The translations under genes were made by a program, and so were the position numbers. A stretch of 64,000 nt of DNA from Azolla caroliniana (taxonomy: Eukaryota; Plantae; Polypodiophyta): contig JBHGNT010000010.1 in NCBI GenBank assembly GCA_043228905.1, forward strand, positions 12,772,001-12,836,000. Direction: 5' to 3'. This document shows positions 1 to 13,934 of the stretch, piece after piece. The notes beneath the pieces were generated by a model. It was not told the origin of the DNA and made no database searches. It saw only the letters and a list, made by a program, of their open reading frames with translations. Each line of letters opens with the position of its first letter. Position 1 is the stretch's first letter.

Positions 1-796
1 CCAATATTCAATTAATAGTAGATGTTTCAAATGAAATTTGACAAAACATTATGTTGTTCGGGACAAGAATAGGAAATACATTTAGTCGTGCTTATTTCTC
101 AACATGGTTACGACAAATTAGTACACTGACAATTATAGTTTGGATAACTGGATAGAATTTCCAAAAATACGCATAGATTGTAGAATAATGGTGAACTCTC
201 GATTAACATTGCACCATATTTCTTTATTTGAAGCAAAGCACATGAATATTACATTAACTAATTCACTTACTAAATGAATTCCATTGTAGTCTAGTTGGTT
301 CGGATCCTTGTTTTTTACATGAGACTCCCGGCTAGAACATTATGTTGTTCGGGAAAACAAGAAGCGGTAGATTTGGTTATGGTTATTCCTGAACATTGTT
401 ATAACAAATTACTACACCAACAATTATAGTTTGGATTACTTGATACATAGATTGTAGAATAATGGTCAATTGTCGATGACTATTCGACTGTGTTTCTTGA
501 TTTGTAACAAAGGACTACAATGGTACATTAACTAATTCATTAACAAAGGACTAGAATGATACATTATAATCAAGTTGCCTCGAATCCATACTTTTTACCA
601 GGGACGCCCGACTACAAGTAGATATATCATATATCATGAGTTAATGTGGCATCGATAAAAACCCTTGAAATTATCAAATCCTTAAAACGATACTGTGTTA
701 GAATAAACCTCAGTTTGTCATTGATGCTTGCGCAATATATAAATATTATTTGTTTCTAATCAATGAGTGGAATATAAAAAACCACACAAGATGTGA

Positions 797-869
797 TCCA
801 TTGTAGTCTAGTTGGTTAGGATACTTAGCTTTCACCCGAGATACCCGGGTTTAACTCCTGGCAATGGAA
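797..869 (+). pseudogene. tRNA-Glu(TTC)-like copy, B box damaged (GGTTTAA)
   Basis: Matches array tRNA consensus; anticodon loop CT-TTC-AC; several stem mismatches. Confidence 0.8.
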
Positions 870-2203
870 ACGACAATATCATATATAAAATTTCCGACGT
901 ATATCATGTGTTAATTGTTTGATAACTCAAATAGTCAAGCTCTAAAGTAGTTGTTAGAATAATGTACAATTAACAAAATAATCAATATTATGTTTGAAGG
1001 ATTGATGACGAACCTTGCTTTGATTTGTTTCTCCTAAGATCAATTTCTAAACTTAATCCCATTATTCAATTAATAGTATAGGTTTCAAATGAGATTTGAC
1101 AAAACATTATGTTGTTCGGGACAAGAAGAAGCAGTATATTTAGTCGTGGTTATTCCTCAACATTGTTACGATTAATTAGTATACCAAGAATTATAATTTG
1201 GATAACTTGATACAATTTCTAAAAATACACATAGATTGTCGAATAATGGTGAATTCATGAGCATTGCACCATGTTTCTTTATTTGAACGAAAGCACATGA
1301 ATATTACATTAACTAATTCATTTAGTAAATGAATTCCATTCTACTCTAGTTCGTTTGAATAATTGTTCTTTACACGAGACTCTCGGCTACAACAATAACC
1401 ATTGGAAAAACTAGATACATCATAGATCATGAGGTAATGTCGCATCGATAAAAACCCTTCAAATTATTAAATCTTAAAAATGAGAGTGTGTTAGAATAAT
1501 ACTAAGTCTCTCGTTGATGCTTTCCCAATATATAAATATTACTTATTACTAATCTACGATTGCAATATATCTATACACAAGATAGGATCCATTGAAGTCT
1601 GGTTGGTTAGATTACTCGGCTCTCACCCGAGAGACTTGTGTTCAATTCTCGGCAATGAAAACGACAATATCATATATTAAATTTGTGACGCATATCTTGT
1701 GTTAACTGTTTGATAATTCAAAAACTCAAGACCTAAAAAGTAAAATTAACAAAATAATCAATATTATGTTTGAAGGATTGATGACAAACTTTAGGTTGGT
1801 TTTATAGTTTGGATAACTTGATAGAATTTCCAAACATACGCATAGATTGTAGAGTAATGCTGAACTCTCGATCAACATTGCACCATAGTTCTTTGTTTGA
1901 AGAAAAGCACTAGAATATTAAATTAACTAATTCATTTACTAAATGAATTCTATTGTAGTCTAGTTGGTTCGAATCCTTGTTTTTTACACGAGACTCCCGG
2001 GTACAACAATAGGCATTGGAAAAAATAGATACATCATGGATCATGAGGTAATGTCGCATCGATAAAAACCCTTGAAATTATTTAATCTTAAAAACCAGAG
2101 TGTGTTAGAATAATCCTCAGTTTCTCGTTGATGCTTGCGTAATATATAAATATTATTTATTACTAATCTATGATTGCAATATGAAGAAGTACACAATATA
2201 GGA

Positions 2204-2276
2204 TCCATTGTAGTCTAGTTGGTTAGGATACTTGGCTTTCACCCGAGAGACCCAGGTTCAACTCCCGGCAATGGAA
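2204..2276 (+). tRNA. tRNA-Glu(TTC) copy, one T-stem mismatch
   Basis: Acceptor TCCATTG/CAATGGA intact, A box TAGTCTAGTTGG, B box GGTTCAACTCC, anticodon TTC. Confidence 0.7.
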
Positions 2277-4211
2277 ATGATCATATCATATATTACATTT
2301 CTGACTCATAGCATGTGTTAATGGTTTGATAACTCAAGACCTAAAGTACATGTTGGAATAATGTACAATTAACAAAATAATCAATATTATGTTTGAACGA
2401 TTGATGATGAACTTTGCTTCAATTTTTTCTCCTAACATCAATTTCTAAACTTAATCCCAGTATTCAATTAATAGTAGAGGTTTCAAAGGAAATTTGATAA
2501 CAATTATAGTTTAGATAACTTGATACAATTTCAAACAATATGCATAGATGGTAGAATAATGTTCAACTGTAGACAAGCATTGCACCATTTTTCTTTATTT
2601 CGAGCATGGCACTAGAATAGTACATTAACCAACTCATTTACTAAATGAATTCCAATATAATCGAGATGCATAGAATCGTTGATTTTTACCCAAGACACGT
2701 GGGTACAAGTACACGTATAGGAAAAACTAGATACATGCTGATGAGTTAATTCGGCATAGATAAAAACCTGTGAACTTATTAAATCTTAAAAATGAGAGTG
2801 TGTTAGAATAATCCTCTGTTTCTTGTTTATGCTTGCGCAATATATAAATATTATTTATTACTAATCAATGATTGCAATATTAAAAAGTGTACAAGATGTG
2901 ATCCATTGAAGTCTAGTTGGTTAGATTACTCGGCTCTCACCCGAGAGACTCGGGTCAACTCCCAGCAATGAAAATGACAATATCATATATTAAATTTCCG
3001 ATGCATATCTTGTGTTAACTGTTTGATAACTCAAAAACTCAAGACCTAAAGTAGATGTTACAATAATGCACAATTAACAAAATAATCAATATTCTGTTTG
3101 AAGGATTGATTTAGAATTTTGCTTTCATTTTTTTCTCCTAACATCAATTTCTAAACCTAATCCCATTATTCAATTAATAGTAGAGGTTTCAAATGAAATT
3201 TGAGAAAACATTATGTTGTTCGGGACAAGAATAAGAAATATATATAGTAGTGCTTATATCTCAACATGGTTACGACAAATTAGTACACCGACAATTATAG
3301 TTTGGATAACTTGATAGAATTTCAAAAAATACACATATATTGTAGAGTAATGGTGAACTCTCGATCAACATTGCACCATATTTCTTTATTTGAAGCAAAG
3401 CACATGAATATTACATTAACTAATTCACTTACTAAATGAATTCCTTTGTAGTCTAGTTGGTTCGGAGCCTTGTTTTTTTACGCATAGATTGAAGAATAAT
3501 GGTCAACTGTCGAGAGACCCGGGTTCAACTCCCACCAATAGAAAAGACGATATCATATATCATATTTTGCTACGGATGTCATGTGTTAAGTGTTCGATAA
3601 TTGAAAAACTGAAGACCTAAAGTAGTTGTTACAATAATGTACAATTAACAAAATAATCCCAACATTAATTTCTCCTAACATTAATTTCTAAACTTAATCC
3701 CATTATTCAATTAGTAGTAGAGGTTTCAAATGAAATTTGACAAAACATTATATTGTTCGGGACAAGAAGTAGTATATTTAGTCGTGGTTATTCCTCAACA
3801 TTGTTACGATAAATTAGTACACCAACAATTATAGTTTAGATAACTCCATACAATTTGAAACAATACCTATAGATTGTAGAATATTGGTGAACTGTCGATG
3901 AGCATTGCATCATGTGTCTCTATTTGTAACATAGGACTAGAATGGTACATTAACTAATTCATTTACCAAATGAATTCCATTGAAATCCAGTTGCGTCGTA
4001 TCCTGGCTTTCTACCTGAGACGCACGGGTACAAGTAGATATATCATATATCATGAGTTAATGTGGCATCGAGAGAAACCCTTGAAATTATTAAATAAAAA
4101 ATCGAGAGTGTGATAGAATAATCCTCAGTTTCTCGTTGATGCTTGCGCAATATATAAATATTATTTATTACTAAGCAATGATTACAATATTAGAAAGTGC
4201 ACAAGATGTGG

Positions 4212-4284
4212 TCCATGGTAGTCTAGTTGGTTAGGATACTGGGCTCTCACCCGAGACACCCGGGTTCAATTCCCGGCAATGGAA
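4212..4284 (+). tRNA. tRNA-Glu(CTC)-like copy with stem mismatches
   Basis: 73-nt match to consensus with intact A and B boxes; mismatches in acceptor and anticodon stems. Confidence 0.6.
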
Positions 4285-4705
4285 ACGATATTATCATATA
4301 TTTAACGTCTAACACATACCATGTGTTAACTGTTTGATTACTGGAAAACTCAAAAGCTAAAGTAGGTGTTACAATAATGTACAATTAACTAAATAATCAA
4401 TATTATGCTAGACGGATTGATGACGAAATTTACTTTGATTTCTTTCTCCTAATATCAATTTCAGTCTAGTTGGTTAGGATACTGGGCTCTCACCCGAGAC
4501 ACCCGGGTTCAATTCCCGGCAATGGAAACGATATTATCATATATTTAACGTCTGACACATACCATGTGTTAACTGTTTGATTACTGGAAAACTCAAAAGC
4601 TAAAGTAGGTGTTACAATAATGTACAATTAACTAAATAATCAATATTATGCTAGACGGATTGATGACGAAATTTACTTTGATTTCTTTCTCCTAATATCA
4701 ATTTC
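4220..4705 (+). repeat. Recent 243-bp tandem duplication (4220-4462 / 4463-4705)
   Basis: Two near-identical copies sharing private variants (GCTAGACGG, CTGGAAAAC); one difference seen (TCTAAC vs TCTGAC). Confidence 0.9.
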
Positions 4706-7700
4706 TAAACTTAATCCCATTATTCGATTAATAGTAGAGGTTTCGAATGAACTTGGATGAAACATTATGTTGTTCGGGTCAACAACAAGAAGTATATTTA
4801 GTTGTGGTTATTCCGCAACATTGTTATGATATATTAGTACACCAACAAGTATAGTTTGGATAACTCGATACAATTTCAAACAATACGCACAGATTGCCGA
4901 ATAATGGTTAACTGTCAATGAGCATTGCACCATGTTTCTTTTTTTGTAACAAAGGACTAGAATGGTACATTAACTAATTCATTTATTAAATGAATTCCAT
5001 TATAATCAAGTTGCCTCAGATGCTTGCTTATAACCCGAGACGCACGACTACAAGTACATATATCATATATTATGAGTTAATGTGGCATCGATAAAAACCC
5101 TTGAAATGATTAAATCTTAAACCGAGAGTGTGTTAGAATAATCCTCAGTTTTTCGTTCATGCTTGCGAAAAATATATATATATATATATATTCTAATCAA
5201 TGATTGCAATAATAGAAAGGAGGGAAGATGTAATTCATTGTAGTCTAGTTGGTTAGAATACTCCGCTCCCACTGAAGAGAACCGGGTTCAACTCTTGGCA
5301 ATGGATACATCATAGCTAATGAGTTCATTTGGCATATATATAAAAACGCGTGAAATTATTAAATCTTAAAAAGGAGACTATGTTAGAATAATCCCGTGTT
5401 TCTCGTAGATGCTTGCGCAATATATAAATATTATTTATTTTTTTCTTTTAATATCAATTTCTAAACTTAATCCCATTATTCAATTAATGGTAGAGGTTTC
5501 AAATGAAATTTGTGAAAACATTATGTTGTTCGAGATAACAAGAAGCAATATATTTAGTTCTAGTTTTTCTACAACTTTGTTACGACAGATTATTACACCA
5601 ACAATTATAGTTTGGAATTTCAAACAATACGCATAGATTGCAGAATAATGGTCAATTGTCGATGAGTATGCACCATGTTTCTTTATTTCTAACAAAGGAC
5701 TAAAATGGTACATTAACTAAGTCATTTACTAAATGAATAGCATTGTAATGAAGTTGCCTCGGATCCTAGCTTTTTACCTGAGACGCCCGGGTAGAAGTAG
5801 ATATATCCTATATCATGAGTTAATATGGCATCGATGGAAACCTTTGAAATTATTATTTATTACTAATCAATGATTGCAATATGGAAAAGTATACAAGATA
5901 TGATCCATTGTAGTCTAGTTGGTTTGGATACTAGGCTCTCACCCGAGAGACCCGGGTTCAACTCTCGACAATAGAAACGACAATATCATATATTAAATTT
6001 CCGATGCATATCATGTTTTAATTGTTTGATAACTCAAAAACTCAAGATTATGTTTGAAGGATTGATGACGAACTTTCCTCGATCAACATTCCAATAATAC
6101 GCATAGATTGTAGAATAATGATGAACTCTCGATCAACATTGCAACATATTTATTTATTTGAAGCAAATCACTAGAATATTACATTAACTAATTCATTTAC
6201 TAAAGTAATTTCATTGTAGTCTACTTGGTTCGGATCCTTGTTTTTTACACGAGACTCCCAGGGACAACAATAGGCATTGGAAAAACTAGATACATCATCG
6301 ATCATGAGGTAATGTCGCATCGATAAAAACCCTTGAAATTATTTAATTTTAAAAATGAGAGTGTGTTAGAATAATCCTGAGTTTCTCGTTGATGCTTGTG
6401 CAATATATAAATATTATTTATTACTAATCTATAATTGCAATATTAGAAAGTACACAAGATATAATCCATTGTAGTCTAGTTGCAATATTAAAAAGTACAC
6501 CCGATAGACCTGAGTTCAACTCCCTGCAATGGAAACGACAATATCATATATTAAATTTCCGACGGATATCATGTGTTAACTGTTTGATAACTCAAAAACT
6601 AGTTGTTACAATAATGTACAATTAACAAAATAATCAATATTATGTTTGAAGGATTGATGACGAACATTACTTTTTCTATTAGAACATTGACTAATTGATT
6701 TTTTAAATGAATTCCATTGTAATCCAGTTGCCTCGAATCGTTAATTTCTACTCGAAACGTGCGGGGACAACTACAAGCATACGAAAAACTAAATACACTA
6801 TATATCATGAGTTTATGTGGCATCGATAAAAACCCGTGAAATTAATAAATGTTAAAAACGAGAGTGTGTTAGAATAATCCTCTGTTTCTTGTTGATGCCT
6901 GTGCAATATATAAATATTATTTACTACTAATTAATGATTGCAATATTAAAAAGTGTACAAGATGTGATCCATTAAAGTCTAGTTGGTTAAAATACTAGCC
7001 TCTCACCCAAGAGACCCGTGTTCAACTACTGGGAATAGAAAGGACAATATCATATATAAAAGTTTGCGACGCATGTGATGTGTTTGATAACTCAAAAACT
7101 CAAGACGTAGAGTAGTTACAATAATGTACAATTAACAAAATAATCAATATTATGTTTGAAGGATTGATAAAGAACTTTGGTTTGATTTTTTTCTCCTCAC
7201 ATCAATTTCAAAACTTCATCCCAGTAGAGGTTTTTAATGAAATTTTACAAAACATTATGTTGTTCGGGACAACAAGAAGCAGTATATTTATTTGTGGTTA
7301 TTCCTCAACATTGTTTCAACAAATTAGTACACCAAGAATTATAGTTTGGATCCTTGTTTTTAACACGAGACTCCCGGGTACAACAATTGACATCGATAAA
7401 AACCCTTGAAATTATTAAATCTTAAAAACGAGAGTGTGTTAGAATAATCCTTAGTTTCTAGTTGCTCCTTGCGCATTATATAAATATTATTTATTACTAA
7501 TCAATCATTGCAATATTAAAAAGTACACAAGATATGATCCATTGTAGTCTAGTCGATTAGGATACTCGGCTCTCACCTGAGAGACCTAGGTTCAACTCCC
7601 CCGGCAATCGAAACGACAACATCATATATTAAATTTCCGACGCAGATCTTGTGTTAACTAGATACGTCATAGATGATGAGGTAATGTTGCATCGATATAA

Positions 7701-10700
7701 AAAGAGAGTGTGTTAGAATAATCCTCAGTTTTGCATTGATGCTTGGGCAATATATAAATATTATTTATTACTAATTAATAATTGTAATATTAAAAAGTAC
7801 ACAAGATGTTATCCATTATAGTCTAGTTGGTTAGGATTCTCGGCTCTCACCCGGGAGACCCGGGTTCAACTCACGGCAATGGAAACGACAATATCATATA
7901 TTAAATTTTCGACGGATATCATGTGTTAACTGTTTGATTACTCAAAAACTCAAGACCTAAAGTAGGTGTTACAATAATGTACAATTAACAAAAGAATCAA
8001 TATTATGTTTGAAGGATTGCGGACAAACTTTGCTTTAATTTTTCCTCCTAACATCAATTTCTAAACTTAATCCCATTATTCAATTAATATTATGTTGTTC
8101 GGGTCAAGAAGAAGCAATATATTTAGTCGTGCTTATTTCTCAACATGGTTACGACAAATTAGTACACCAATAATTATAGTTTGGATAACTTGATACAATT
8201 TCAAACAATACGCATAGATTGCAAAATAATGGTCAACTGTCGACGAGCATTGCAGCATGTGTCTTTATTTGTAGAAAAGCACTAGAATAGTACATTAACT
8301 AATTCATTTACTCAGTGAATGCAATTGGAATCAACTTGCCTCGAATCATTGATTTTTACCAGAGATGCGCGGGTACAAAAACAGGCATAGGAAAAACTAG
8401 ATACATCATTGATTATGAGTTAATTTGGCAATGATAAAAACCCGTGAAATTATTAAATCTTAAAAACGAGAGTGTGTTAGAGTAATCCTCTGTTTCTCGT
8501 TGATGCTTGCGCAATATATAAATAATATTTATTACTTATCAATGATTACAATATTAAAAAGTGCACAAGATGTGATCCAGTGTAGTCTAGTTGGTTAGGA
8601 TACTCGGCTGTCACCCGAGAGACTCGGGTTTAATTCCCGGTAATGCAAACAACAAAATGATATATTAAACTTCCGACGCGTATCATGTGTTAATTGTTTG
8701 ATAACTCAAAAACTCAAGACCTAAAGTAGGCATTACAATAATGTACAATTAACAAAATAATCAATATTATGTTTGAAGGTCTGAGAAAGAACTTTACTTT
8801 GATTTTTCTCTCCTAACATCAATTATTCGATTAATGGTAGAGATTTTAATTGAAATTGGACAAAACATTATGTTGTTCGGGACAACAAGAAGTAGTATAT
8901 TTGGTTGTGGTTATTCGTCAACATTGTTATGACAAATTAGTACACCAACAATTACAGTTTGGATAACTAGATTACAATTTCAAACAATACGCATCGGTTG
9001 TAGAATAATGGTCAACTATCGATGACTATTGCACCATGTTTCTTTATTTGTAACAAAGCACTAGAAATGTAAATTAACGAGAGTGTGTTAAAATAATCCT
9101 CAGTTTTTCGTTGATACTTGCGCAATATATAAATATTATTTATTTCTAATAAATGATAGCAAGATTAAAAAGCACACAATATGTGATCCACGATAGTCTA
9201 GTTGGTTAGCATACTCGGCTCTCACCTGAGAGACCCGGATTCAACTCTCGCCAATGGAAACAACAATATCATATATGAAATTTCCGACGCATATCAGGTG
9301 TTATTTTTCTGAAACTCAGAAACTCAAGTCCTAAAGTAGGTGTTACAATAATGTACAATTAACAAAATAATGAATATTATGTTTGAACGATTGATGATGA
9401 ACTTTTCTTTGATTTTCTTCTCCTAACATCAATTTTTAAACATGATTCCATTATCCGATTAATGGTAGAGGTTTCGAATGAAATTGGAGAAAATATTATG
9501 TGGTTCGGGACAATAAGAAGAAGTATATTTAGTTGTGGTTATTCCTGAACATTGTTACAATAAATTTGTAAACCAACAATTATAGTTTAGATAACTTGAT
9601 TCAATTTCAAACAATACGCATAGATTGCAGAATAATGCTCTACTGTCGACAAGCATTGTACCATTTTTCTTTATTTGTGTAGTCTAGTTGGTTAGGATAC
9701 TCGGCTCTCACCAGAGAGAGCTGGGTTCAATTCCTGTCTATGGAAACAACAATATCATATATTATACTTCCGACGCAAATCATGTGTTAACTGTTTGATA
9801 ACTCAAAAACTCAAGACCTAAAGTAGGTGTTACAATAATGTACAATTAACAAAATAATCAATATTATGTTTAAAGGACTGAGAAAGAACTTTACTTTGAT
9901 TTTTTTCTCCTAACATCAATTTCTAAACTTAATCCCATTATTCGGTTAATGGTAGAGGTTTTAATTTAAATTGGACAAAAATTATGTTGTTCGGGGCAAC
10001 AAGAAGCAGTATATTTGGTTGTGGTAATATATAAATATTATTTATTTCTAATAAATGATAGCAAGATTAAAAAGCACACAATATGTGATCCACGATAGTC
10101 TAGTTGGTAAGGATACTTGGCTCTCACCTGAGAGACTCGGGTTCAACTCTCGCCAATGGAAACAACAATATCATATATTAAATTTTCGATGCATATCAGG
10201 TGTTAAAGTATGTCTTACAATAATGTACAATTAACAAAATAATCAATATTATGTTTGAATGATTGATGATGAACATTACTTTGATTTTCTTCTCCTAACA
10301 TCAATTTCTAAACTTAATTCCATTATTCGATTAATGGTAGAGGTTTCGAATGAAATTGGAGAAAATATTATGTGGTTCGGGACAACAAGAAGAAGTATAT
10401 TTAGCTATGGCTATTCCTCAACATTGTTACGATAAATTAGTACACCAACAATTATAGTTTAGATAACTTGATTCAATTTCAAACAATACGCATAGATTGC
10501 AGAATAATGTTCAACTATCAACAAGCATTATACCATTTCTGTTTATTTGTGTAGTCTAGTTGGTCAGAATACTCGGCTCTCACCCGAGAGACCCGGGTTC
10601 AATTCCCGTCTATGGAAACGACAATATCATATATTAAACTTCTGACGCATATCATTTGTTAACTGTTTGATAACTCAAGACCTAAAGTAGGTGTTACAAT

Positions 10701-11288
10701 AATGTACAATTAATAAAATAATCAATATTATGTTTGAAGGACTGATAAAGAACTGAAATTTGATTTTTTTCTCCTAACATCAATTTGTAAACTTAATCCC
10801 ATTATTCGATTAATGGTAGAGGTTTTAATTGAAATTGGACAAAACATTATGTTGTTCGGGACAACATGAAGCAGTATATTTGGTTGTGGTTATTCGTCCA
10901 CATTGTTACGGCAAATTAGTACACCAATAATTATAGTTTGGATAACTGTATAGAATTTCTAAAAATACGCATAGATTGTAGAATAATGATGAACTGTCGA
11001 TCAACATGGCACTATATTTTTTTATTTGAAACAAAGCACTAGAATATTACACATTAACTAATTCATTTACTTAATGAATTCCATTATAGTCTAGTTGGCA
11101 TTAGAAAAACTAGACACATCCGAGATCATGAGGTAATGTCGAATCGATAAAAACCCTTGAAATTATTAAATCTTAAAAACAAGAGTGTGTTAGAATAATC
11201 CTCACTTTCTCGTTGTTGCTTGCGCAATATATAAATATTTTTTATTACTAATCAATGATTGCAATATTAAAAAGTACACAAGATGTGA

Positions 11289-11361
11289 TCCATTGTAGTC
11301 TAGGTGGTTAGGATACTCGTCTCTCACCCGAGAGACCCGGGTTCAACTCCCAGCAATGGAA
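11289..11361 (+). tRNA. tRNA-Glu(CTC) copy, 3 substitutions from array consensus
   Basis: Acceptor stem intact, B box GGTTCAACTCC, anticodon CTC. Confidence 0.65.
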
Positions 11362-11821
11362 ACGACGATATCATATATTAAATTTCCGACGCATATCATG
11401 TGTTAACTGTTTGAGAACTCAAGACCTAAAGTAGGTTTTACAAGAATGTACAATTAATAGAATAATCAATATTATGTTTGAAGGATTGATAACGAAATTT
11501 GCTTTGATTTTTTTCTTCTAACATCAATTTCGAAACTTAATCCCATTTTTCAATTAATAGTAGAGGTTTCATATGAAATTCAACTAATCATTATGTTGTT
11601 CAGGACAGGAAGAAGTACTATATTTAGTGGTGGTTATTCCTCAACATTGTTACGACAAATTAGTACACCGAAAATTATAGTTTGGATAACTTGATACTAT
11701 TTCCAAATATACGCATAGATTGTCGAATAACGGTGAATTCTTGATGAGCATTGCACCATGTTTGTTTATTTGAACGAAAGCACTTGAATATTACATTAAC
11801 TAATTCATTTACTAAATGAAT

Positions 11822-11894
11822 TCCATTGTAGTCTAGTTCGTTCAGATTCTTGTTTTTTACACAAGATTACCGGGTACAACAATAGGCATTGTAA
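11822..11894 (+). pseudogene. Representative second, decayed tRNA-Glu-derived monomer present in most units
   Basis: Consensus TCCATTGTAGTCTAGTTGGTTCGGATCCTTGTTTTTTACACGAGACTCCCGGGTACAACAATAGGCATTGGAA is colinear with tRNA-Glu; B box destroyed, anticodon arm turned into a T run; lies ~253 bp upstream of the preserved copy. Confidence 0.85.
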
Positions 11895-12074
11895 AAACTA
11901 GATACATCATAGATGATAAGGTAATGTCACATCGATAAAAACCGTTGAAATTATAAAATCTTAAAAAACAGAGTGTTAGAATAATCCTCAGTTTCTCATT
12001 GATGCTTGGGCAATATATAAATATTATTTATTACTAATCAATAATTGCAATATTAAAAAGTACACAAGATGTGA

Positions 12075-12147
12075 TCCATTGTAGTCTAGTTGGTTAGGAT
12101 TCTCGGCTCTCACCTAAGAGACCCGGGTTCAACTCCCGGCAATGGAA
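12075..12147 (+). tRNA. tRNA-Glu(CTC) copy with anticodon-stem mismatches
   Basis: Acceptor and T arms intact; A and B boxes intact. Confidence 0.6.
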
Positions 12148-13386
12148 ACGACAATATCATATATTAAATTTCTGACGGATATCATGTTTTAACTGTTTGA
12201 TAACTCCAAAACTCAAGACCTAAAGTAGGTGTTACAATAATGTACAATTAACAAAATAATCAATATTATGTTTGAAGGATTGATGACGAACATAACATTA
12301 ACTGACGGATTTCAAACAATATGTACAGATTGCAAAATAATGGTCAATGATCGACAAGCATTGCACCTTGTTTCTTTATTTGTAGCAAAGCACTAGAATA
12401 GTACATTAACTAATTCATTTACTCAATGTATTCCATTGTAATCAAGTTGCCTCGAATCGTTGAATTTTTTTTTTGCAAAAAAAAAAACTACTTCTATTAG
12501 TTAAGCAAAGTACAAAGGATAATTTACAACTCATATCTTATAAGACATCTTGCATGTCGAAGGAAAACAATATGTGTAGATGAAACAACAAAAAAAAACA
12601 ACTTCAAAGCACCACATCATTCGATGTGTGTAGCATAACTCGAACGCATATTCTCCACGTGAGCCTCATACAAGCAGAATTCAGAATAGATGTGCTCCAT
12701 TCGCCCCTCAAGGCAACACCCAGCTAGATGTTAGGTACACTTGGAGGGAATAGCCAACGTGGTGGTTGATAATTCCACTTCACTTTACCATCCATTATCT
12801 GTAGCATCGACGAACCGCTCCATTTCAGCAAGAAACGAGCTCTCGCTTCTTCACTTGCGTCAGATGGCCCTTGAAGACTTTCAAACTCACCTCGCAACGT
12901 AGAAATAAGATTGAACCAGATCATCATTAGATTCTCAGCCGGTGAGGTTCGTTTACCTGCGAAGGTCTCCTTGCACCTAGATACCCACACTTGCCAGACC
13001 GTAAGGCCGACCACTAATACCCATATGTCCACGCAGCGTTCCGTAAGAAGAATAAACCTCCTTGCGCTGGTTGCACAGATCCTTGTAACACCTTTAAAGA
13101 AGGATTGTTTCCATTCCACCGATTCAATGGCCAACCAAGTGATTGCTGCGCTCGATACATGAACCTCAACCCCGAACCGAGCCAAGATTCTTAAGCTCCT
13201 CAACCAAGTTTCTTGCGCTCAAGGGTAGCACCACAAAAAATGAGCGATGTCCTCCAAGCTCGCACTACAGGCCTTGCAACCACTCATGCCGCCTCTATTC
13301 CCAAGCCACTCTCCCGTTGGAGCAGCCCGATGGGTGATTCACCAGAAAAAAACTTTGATCCACTCGGGAAGGGATGAGTTCCATAT

Positions 13387-13850
13387 TGTTGAGAGACAAG
13401 CTCAACATTGGCCAGATCAGCTGAAGAAGCCGAGGACCGGATCGGTTGGGACCGATCGGTTAGGCCGAATGCGTAAACCAGTACACAGACTGCTTCATAG
13501 GTAGGGCCGGATTGGTGCGTAAACCGGGAGGCCGTTAGGAAAGATATTCCGTGAGGAATATATTTGGGAGTTAGTGTAGGAGCTCTTAATGAGCATTGAA
13601 GTACTATCAGTACTTCGGTCAGTCCTTCTAGGACTTGTATAAAAGTGTTCATTGAACACACATATGTATAGAGTGTGGTGAATAGAGATTGAGTACTTTT
13701 GTTGAATATAGTTCTTGTGTTTTCTCTCTCACTCTCTTTGTCTCTCCCGCGTATACTGCGTATACTACGTAAGCTCAAGCTCTCCATTAAACCTGAGTTT
13801 TCTTCCTTCTGTTCGGTCTTCATACTTGCTTCCGCACGTTACTTTTTACA
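13387..13850 (+). repeat. Copia 5' LTR (464 bp)
   Basis: TGTTGAGAGA...TTTTTACA, direct repeat of 18621-19075; contains TATAAAA. Confidence 0.96.
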
Positions 13851-13862
13851 TGGTATCAGAGC
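13851..13862 (+). promoter_or_regulatory. Primer binding site for initiator tRNA-Met
   Basis: TGGTATCAGAGC immediately after the 5' LTR. Confidence 0.95.
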
Positions 13863-13934
13863 GCAAGGGTTGAGAACCTCTCTGTAGCCGACACAGCTTG
13901 ACGAAGCAGAACAAGAAGAACGATGGATAGAGGC

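Larger units (their letters stand above)
1..12464 (+). repeat. tRNA-Glu-containing tandem satellite array, block 1 (~790-bp unit; runs off window start)
   Basis: Recurrent motif TCCATTGTAGTCTAGTTGGTTAGGATACTCGGCTCTCACCCGAGAGACCCGGGTTCAACTCCCGGCAATGGAA with conserved spacers; full-unit spacings 797->1588 (791 bp) and 11289->12075 (786 bp); many units internally deleted; about 15 near-full and 5 partial tRNA copies. Confidence 0.97.

Noticed and set aside
5172-5191. (AT)n microsatellite
   Set aside because: Simple slippage expansion of the unit's ATATATA motif; no further significance
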